DNA of 20,000 nt from an uncultured virus (IMG/VR IMGVR_UViG_3300018421_000020) (taxonomy: Duplodnaviria; Heunggongvirae; Uroviricota; Caudoviricetes), in IMG/VR virus record IMGVR_UViG_3300018421_000020; one strand, given 5' to 3'. The translations under genes and the position numbers were made by a program. Of the stretch, positions 17,901 to 20,000 are shown piece after piece; positions within the stretch are counted from its first letter, which is position 1, and each line of letters begins with the position of its first letter. Below the pieces are notes generated by a model. It saw only the letters and a program-made list of their open reading frames with translations. It was not told the DNA's origin and searched no databases.

Positions 17901-19999
17901 TGTTGAATTTGACTATTTTTCTTAACGTTGAAAGTTTGATTCAGCGAAAGACGAAGAACATTGTCAACTTCAGTAGTATTAGTTACCTTAATGTAGAACT
18001 TGCCATAGGTTGTCGTTTCTGCTTTAACCTTTCTGCCACCCTTTGCAGGAATAGTGGCAGTTCTGGAAGACCATACATCAGTATTGGAGGTGAGAGTTAC
18101 CGAATCAATTACAAGAGAAGAGTTTACATCATTGTAATCCAGAACCTGAAGACCTTCAGATGCAAGAGTTACACTGGAAACTGTGATTGGTTGATTGATT
18201 GTTGTGGGATAAGTGTATGATGCGGTGGTGAAATGATAGTTAGTATTCGTACCAATAAACGTTCCTTGACGGGTAGAATCAATATTCTTGTCAGTCTTAA
18301 TTACGAGAGCAGCATCAGGAACATAATGATACGTCTTATAGTAATCGTTATATTCTGCAGTGGTAGAAGGAACCGAGATAGTTCTTACATGATCACTAAT
18401 ACGCAAACCATCAACGTCAAATGAACCTGCATAATCAACAGTATAACCACTAGTGTTTCCAGTCCAGTTGGGAGCATTGCCAACGTAGATCTTAGCAGTA
18501 GAAGGAATAGTCAGAGAAGGCAGTGAACCACTACCAACCGAAGTTCCATCAACATAAATGGTAAACAGATTGCCAAATTTAGTTACTGCACAGTGAACAT
18601 AACCATCATCATTAACAATTTGATCGTTTGCACTAGCAATAGGAGTTGCAGTTCTCTGGAGAGTGGAAGAGGCATACAATTCCAGTCTCTTATTGCTACG
18701 ATTGAGGGTTAAGGTAACGCCTGGTTCACTACCATGACCGATACCAAACAAGATGTGGTGAGTAGAACCAAGACCCGCAAGTCTGCTATCCTGCAGAACA
18801 GTGGTCTCAGTTACACTCCACCAACCTTCAATCGTCCAGTCACCATTCGGATCATATGTATCGGCATAACCATAGATGCCAGTATTATTTTCAGGGTTGA
18901 TCTCAAAGTGGGTATCACTCCAGGCAGCACCATCATAAGCATTGATTCTCAGACCACGAGTGCTACCTTGACCAGAAGGAGCACCACTTGAAATGTTGGA
19001 ACCAGTGTAGTAATCACCAATCAGATTTCTGTTAGTCAGATTACCAGTGGTATCTACGGGTTCGGTCTCATCAGTTGACTCAAAGTCAAACAGACCAACA
19101 ACTTCGTTACGGTAACCTTGACCAGTCAATACAGGGTCGCCAGAACTATCAGCACTAATAGCATTGATTTCAAAACCAACAATATTGCGACCAAGACTTA
19201 CTTTATTGGTAGAAATTACAGTGCCATCATATCTAAATTTGATAATTTCACTCTGTTTTCTGAATGCTTCAGAACCAGATGTAGACTCATTAAGTTCATA
19301 GTTGATTGCCAGGTTGTAATTACCAAAAACGTCAACATTGCCACCAATAACCTTGAGGTTTCTAAAAGTACCTGCAGGTGTAATTCTCTTACCCCAACGA
19401 ACCTCGTTTTCAGTAGTTACTTTACCAACAAAGACGCCGATTGGGTTAGAACCAGAATATGCAGTACCAGAGACCAGGAAGTCCCCAAACTCATCAATAT
19501 CAAATCTTGCACCCCACAAATTGTAGCTAGTGGTATTGAAATTGATAACTTTGTCAATGATAACAGAAAACTGCTGTGCCTCACAATGTGCGATAGCAAA
19601 AGACTTAACCGCACTGGTAGTAGTGGGTGCAATCTCTAGCAGAACATAGAACTTACCGCTATCAGCATTATACTTAATGTCAACAACTTTTTCTGAGTCA
19701 CTAGCGGTAGAAATCTTTCTCTTTTGCTGAACACCCAAGTTTTCATTGAAAATGATGATGTATGCATCAAAAGGATACTGAGAGTTGGTATTGGTGTGAC
19801 CACCAATACACCACTTATTCTCACCAACCTTAGAGATTGCGCTAACTTCATCCAGACGAGTAGAACCAGAGATGCCCGCCATCTCCTTTTGATATTGAAT
19901 TGAGCAAGTAGTACCAGAAGTATTCTGGTTAAACTTCATCAAAACAATGTCAGGATTATAGTTGACATTGAGGGAGTTGGGTTTAGTAGTACCAGTGAC
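5930..19999 (-). CDS. gp7: Giant multidomain virion structural protein, baseplate wedge initiator (gp7)-like; 5'-truncated, >4689 aa
   Basis: The frame is open beyond the track's start at 19942 to the window edge (VTGTTKPNSLNVNYNPDIVLMKF...). It contains QDSYFYQDFSYSVRTPVAISDWRDILTTNVHPAGFKVFGE (~15325-15450), resembling the T4 gp7 C-terminal YY.EY...VHP.GF motif. It also has GSGY beta-repeats, two LamG/ConA-like domains, helical repeats and FTC..D..H.YPRP repeats. It could be a gp7 paralog rather than the orthologue. Confidence 0.82.
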   Translation of the reverse strand, partial: VTGTTKPNSLNVNYNPDIVLMKFNQNTSGTTCSIQYQKEMAGISGSTRLDEVSAISKVGENKWCIGGHTNTNSQYPFDAYIIIFNENLGVQQKRKISTASDSEKVVDIKYNADSGKFYVLLEIAPTTTSAVKSFAIAHCEAQQFSVIIDKVINFNTTSYNLWGARFDIDEFGDFLVSGTAYSGSNPIGVFVGKVTTENEVRWGKRITPAGTFRNLKVIGGNVDVFGNYNLAINYELNESTSGSEAFRKQSEIIKFRYDGTVISTNKVSLGRNIVGFEINAISADSSGDPVLTGQGYRNEVVGLFDFESTDETEPVDTTGNLTNRNLIGDYYTGSNISSGAPSGQGSTRGLRINAYDGAAWSDTHFEINPENNTGIYGYADTYDPNGDWTIEGWWSVTETTVLQDSRLAGLGSTHHILFGIGHGSEPGVTLTLNRSNKRLELYASSTLQRTATPIASANDQIVNDDGYVHCAVTKFGNLFTIYVDGTSVGSGSLPSLTIPSTAKIYVGNAPNWTGNTSGYTVDYAGSFDVDGLRISDHVRTISVPSTTAEYNDYYKTYHYVPDAALVIKTDKNIDSTRQGTFIGTNTNYHFTTASYTYPTTINQPITVSSVTLASEGLQVLDYNDVNSSLVIDSVTLTSNTDVWSSRTATIPAKGGRKVKAETTTYGKFYIKVTNTTEVDNVLRLSLNQTFNVKKNSQIQQYNNAGQLVANAEVIDVDANSLYIAQYTGTKSAWEGYVGTGEIKTTGGENNSIGSYIFANEPFTTTQGTFIFDIPSGLDARFKVYGQEDFTVRIDDTAPAGSPYIIGSVITPDEDQVTYNADRSQLTISGLTAVTEITLITNLDKILQLTAVNATDRIFYKTARAHKLQSGDNLFISGNSADEFNGSFAVDEVISTREFTTRLRATAVGDPDAASSIDIFVKHPVIQMFYNHKYQFMLGDPSLQGYFMSFSKDNLFKLEYSFNSIQRVGTPGVQQGGDPEPYVQLSVNSEVTNISYYFDPSRTGDDSPVNPGTYLDVIPTPYTGEFEVKFLAGATITSGANIFKFPLLNEPESVATASRVGYTTSSVSAVGPIGAIRLINGGGFYKKLPIVSNIVSNRRIERVAINEPGTEYAVGEYTGVSISGDGEGGKVNITVQDGTDEDGNTIPGQITEVIVTDPGKNYTTATIDIESIPGILGPSLAGSGAELEVVIPPNGSGASIFVKANQIGKIKKLKNNNFGFDYTHDYTLRPEITFPVNVQLTSTSILDSITVTDPGSGYATPPAVIIEGGGGSGAIAEATIRNGRIDQIEVKDPGSGYSSQPSVSLKSSFNYVVNLDLNLLQFSFPHGIVNGSAVTLQAVDAGDGEEPALPISSFGRLSAATTYYAIAGAANSLEDDQLKLALTPDNAAIGDFLSYTNDGQGRQVLLTDSFGGAAEANVITGRFLAGEYIYQGDTLDQATASGYVSENDGWQEGPRILKIVDYTGDFSAGQQITGTISKASGTIDNLSIAKGVLEVGAITTTPGRFIDDVGKPSEIIQRIQDSYFYQDFSYSVRTPVAISDWRDILTTNVHPAGFKVFGELGLIESGTIENKTTAFELTKSVNLAESAIVPNLQNYTLVEPVYTDFDNTEVRFRQKDLTSSEQILTSTVQKINDISQLFDGERISFPLTVQNLDDEGNTVTEPVIANANQLIITLNGIVQSPGEAFEVQGSDIVFSDPPQPPANVQYATVTLQFRDIKRMQLSNISGIFPLIGGRIRGIVSDVNATVVAVGTTTIDFYYDNNTDAFQLTETIFSSATGFQATLDSITDVNRQNLFNFKEDIQNLRGDQATVEQVNLEGNNGQPIANIPGGMSATQGAFDVDNVADVELNKTYQVDSERMVVTDISGNTLTVQRAADGTTAVGHQTNSVLYGTEIEVGNTLVLSKTAGTYQSTPGLFDIVIGDIIIGQQSGIVATVTGIQSYRDPVTNQANNQVIISEGSSFFGLVFNRITSIDFQNVVLDNISQTQLQVGDLNDTTIEFSGRFPNSEQVTNLILEYDSASGALEVDEQIRNNIINYSSLVGDLTDGETVRVYKLAYENPAIAADGLILSGDIIRTENATAQVIGTNYARGYLYLGKVARRATDLHVPVAGNGAIASTLQKKFGNASLYLNGTAYVTIPSNAEFAFGSNNFAIESWIYANSASLTGTATLFDFREAATEVAIRVYLENGQLRYNVNGSDLANSGATVVAQDTWTSIAVTRNNNTVRLFIDGAQVGSASDSQTHVTKPIKIGADWQNSNAFTGYMDEVRISSDERYTAAYTPATGMFQGDAETLLLLHFDGENLSTDFQDWSGVPTWNEGDEFINGEIGFRFYDASNEILTNRSLIANEAVYQMDRQYPYLHIPLGDENIAITYGGNFYDAIIDNLDFIAEEAQERAGDPQASVAEIKNVIRNVGYNLKFGENSKVWDVAELFGIGTLTNATVAALNEARDITQDVINNTTVTVSGTHGLTQVSTVDVPFLFGGYTDAVNRITALVKIVTDTIQDPSGANTVTYSSSVSAVERVSPGYAKCLRDAGYWIDAIAKDLRNTGNSSSWDTAAYYVDRSDVNNVTINHLIGEEAETVWAIDKVRDFAIEVMRGNLINITGPHGFTQVVDETITRDPAGTPYCVDVASAITTYADIISDTIEQANLPTPVDHLGTVTRTAPSSLYGAGVVDSVLVSEFTCDEEFPDDDLFVATQIWPDTQNRFKDAATLIRANAGIIVDEAAGDMLALYPFLNQDMPRNAGGASTLGTLRCKTDLTLILDTIASDIEHGGTGNVVTGFKFYIGPDGEIQHIRLQLLQSLYAHERLAYYAKAAIDGTLVTQYSDRVVIPPAGITNDPGGCQNVKDAIDSLVDLINESLAPTGDRFRDAGNLLIFNKDYIAEEAVGLMQEEFSYVNAGGITIKTFNYVGGDIDGKAKCVRDMTEIIKSLISDLLVGGNYSTVEAAKLYLSPANQVKFVEDQIAPTVEAIKNVGFLAKKAINNLLQNLGDGQNGPEYYVPRFTLRNAYTDDTITDSGDDGDVGNYGTRDCVNVREAIDTLIETLIETLAPGGIQARSADQQIRFGREYLDSELKQIVIGDWGDVWKDPALTWSSGTNYELGAYIQYNGNVYVAESALGPALPGPGGTIVYKAGSEPPVHTSGIVDDATVLEADPIENRNLITSDDVDPVGINWEFVEFQKDYFLDQVIADALYDSITTPDIVSAPYQVENATYDPATGDFVITIKDHSLTPGSDTIRLSDNSFTFTCSSDNYNTYLTHPRPHDPAYRQDLAITSATTDTITVNVGASPFVYYTPTNATYDGTTGEFVITIGAHDITEGTGIQLADNSFTFTCAQDSNATQHTYPRPGSDPFAGTNIIVTEVGYTNYDVENATYDPTTGISVLTVIGHPFGSGDKIRLLDESLVFTCSLDNNETEHAYPRPSDPASQQWLTVSNVNGDQFEINVGTSTDTSTHQFVYALTNALQHQDGTITVNVGGYDNATAHTFVSASANAVITGGAYTHRFISATATAVQGPVRLNGFSNVAAIDSLRLLPSPVTGELANVNIFPSPEREQFGAGGWTITGGTITADATTGPDGTLTADKYIPGNNTSFKVVERTYTLPSYDTFDDSTITFDDTNNTFDEGDSNSFQEYTWSCFVKQGEYYKFRHSIAWSANDKAEFTWDAVTGAVGPSLFISGNVVVGDGLTSSSTFAESEAKKGISWGVKPYGFGWFRPFITIRVPFGISQLEIKEYMLNNTGTLSGTGSEGNGTNGSYIWGAELNKGGLGIYTANSGEKFYVSDEYNIKKFIIDRAEDFIEAQLNGTHVNPAPESGAVPYYDPQLNDRYDVAEVMLRLTNTFDLYREQLKDTNYYVDLDTVVGITIPAQTYVAGGSRNIPVPISKELVGSDFFYGLSSDSYGEVEKITFSEATIAKIYQRFKFDPDQVVLGTASNDFKLGESIQTTGNAANTGTIYGFHEDENFRYMDVIITAGSFAINDSITGALNGTLIQGGINLVGSFTNLTNAGADPNRVQGSYTVTATGGTGNPQATFDVSVDDTGAANVTIATGGAGYTIGDVLTLQDVNLGNGGGANITLEVQTLTNAGIQEITNRLQVIDLQNTVGFTSGYSFKGYTSGETAITSNFIENSGAVTNNLGGKLTIDTESISGSFETTSVIYPFQTRVFLDMITHPLIPVSLDVGDKVVATGYTRLGVSIGSQYADQDFAVGQFVYQANNNLSQIFEGAYGYVTGWDSDNNYLYVSPIGNSVFQNGQFIAQYPIGNTSQPTIYATVSTTITSNTTAYGTVTRIDALGLSKRVYLGDVVGTFTGNDTVISDAGFKAASYEKVDVVGRTNRWFVGFDGVQTSFKLTEQNGTPYFPDPEGHMMIFVNGILQPPGAGGSYSAFSDVIQFNEAPTLGSSFTGFYLGKMRQLDDISFEFDSLRSSFNLKRSGTFYSLALTEGVQSTESIIADNNIIISLNGVIQEPGIGFEMVGSRVVFKEVPRVGSTFVGFAYIGSDADVTRSVVVPPIEAGDLLDIQGETVDREVAVIESANTLVTFEYIGSVFGRDAEATANLLKGRVDSVQVTNPGSGYTGRPIVRVDSSSGLDANVKALVGVSRVDTTNSGSGYAYPEIDVLTVVADDYTPPNLADYGQEALYTVEVVDEDLISVTPENLDDFNSGDILGQGTSDPTETPTELADFSTNGTYNVANIWTSGS
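9144..9200 (-). repeat. 21-bp-period tandem repeat encoding an acidic TFD heptad (YDTFDDSTITFDDTNNTFDEGD)
   Basis: On the plus strand, tc(g/a)tcaaaggt recurs three times at 21-nt spacing. Confidence 0.7.
9475..10395 (-). repeat. Three ~90-aa beta-repeats (NATYD..TG...H....G..I.L...S..FTC..D....H.YPRP..DP) within the giant protein
   Basis: Copies begin YQVENATYDPATG, YTPTNATYDGTTG and YDVENATYDPTTG. Each has an FTC..D motif and a (H/Y)PRP..DP motif. Confidence 0.85.
10860..13025 (-). repeat. Four ~160-190 aa alpha-helical protein repeats (RFxDA..L...N...IAxEA ... K/R-C-x-R/T-D ... GN/GGT ... C.[DN]V..AI) within the giant protein
   Basis: Repeat starts: RFYDASNEILTNRSLIANEAV, NFYDAIIDNLDFIAEEA, RFKDAATLIRANAGIIVDEAA, RFRDAGNLLIFNKDYIAEEAV. 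Cys motifs: KCLRD (12419-21), RCKTD (11744-46), KCVRD (11249-51). Confidence 0.8.
13105..13690 (-). other. LamG / concanavalin-A-like lectin domain 2 within the giant protein
   Basis: KKFGNASLYLNG...FAIESWIY...WTSIAVTRNNNTVRLFIDG...IKIG...FTGYMDEVRIS...TLLLLHFDG. Boundaries approximate. Confidence 0.8.
18380..19100 (-). other. LamG / concanavalin-A-like lectin domain 1 within the giant protein
   Basis: DWTIEGWW...YVHCAVTKFGNLFTIYVDG...IYVG...DVDGLRIS matches the LamG-like jelly-roll pattern. Boundaries approximate. Confidence 0.7.
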
Positions 20000-20000
20000 A

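Noticed and set aside
19940..19942. Track start of the giant ORF at 19942
   Set aside because: It is an internal TTG codon. The frame stays open to the window edge, so the true start is upstream.
1..20000. CRISPR arrays, tRNA/rRNA genes, diversity-generating retroelement repeats, introns, intrinsic terminators
   Set aside because: The window is almost entirely coding, with intergenic gaps of only 6, 36 and 24 bp. I saw no long near-identical DNA repeats, reverse transcriptase, homing endonuclease, or GC hairpin with a U-tract. This was by-eye inspection only.

Overview
All four genes lie on the minus strand and form part of the baseplate/tail structural module of a T4-like myovirus, most likely a marine cyanophage-type (Kyanoviridae-like) genome; this assignment is inferred from gene content and late-promoter motifs. 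In transcription order: (1) a giant, 5'-truncated mosaic virion protein (>4689 aa, 5930..>19999) carrying a T4 gp7 baseplate-wedge-like motif; (2) a 588-aa YHYH-domain protein fused to an alpha/beta-hydrolase with an apparently intact Ser-Asp-His triad; (3) a 393-aa gp9/gp10-N-domain protein ending in a cupredoxin-like domain; (4) a 3'-truncated protein of at least 971 aa (<2..2914), missing from the supplied ORF track, in which a cupredoxin-like module is inserted into a degenerate YHYH domain. The most striking signal is a set of alpha-helical repeats in the giant protein that resemble phycobiliprotein subunits, with cysteines at positions matching both bilin-attachment sites. Other notable signals are type-1 copper ligand motifs (H...C-x2-H-x2-M) in two structural proteins, the YHYH-esterase fusion, and nested domain insertions in the giant protein. 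All family calls are by-eye motif recognition; no searches were run.
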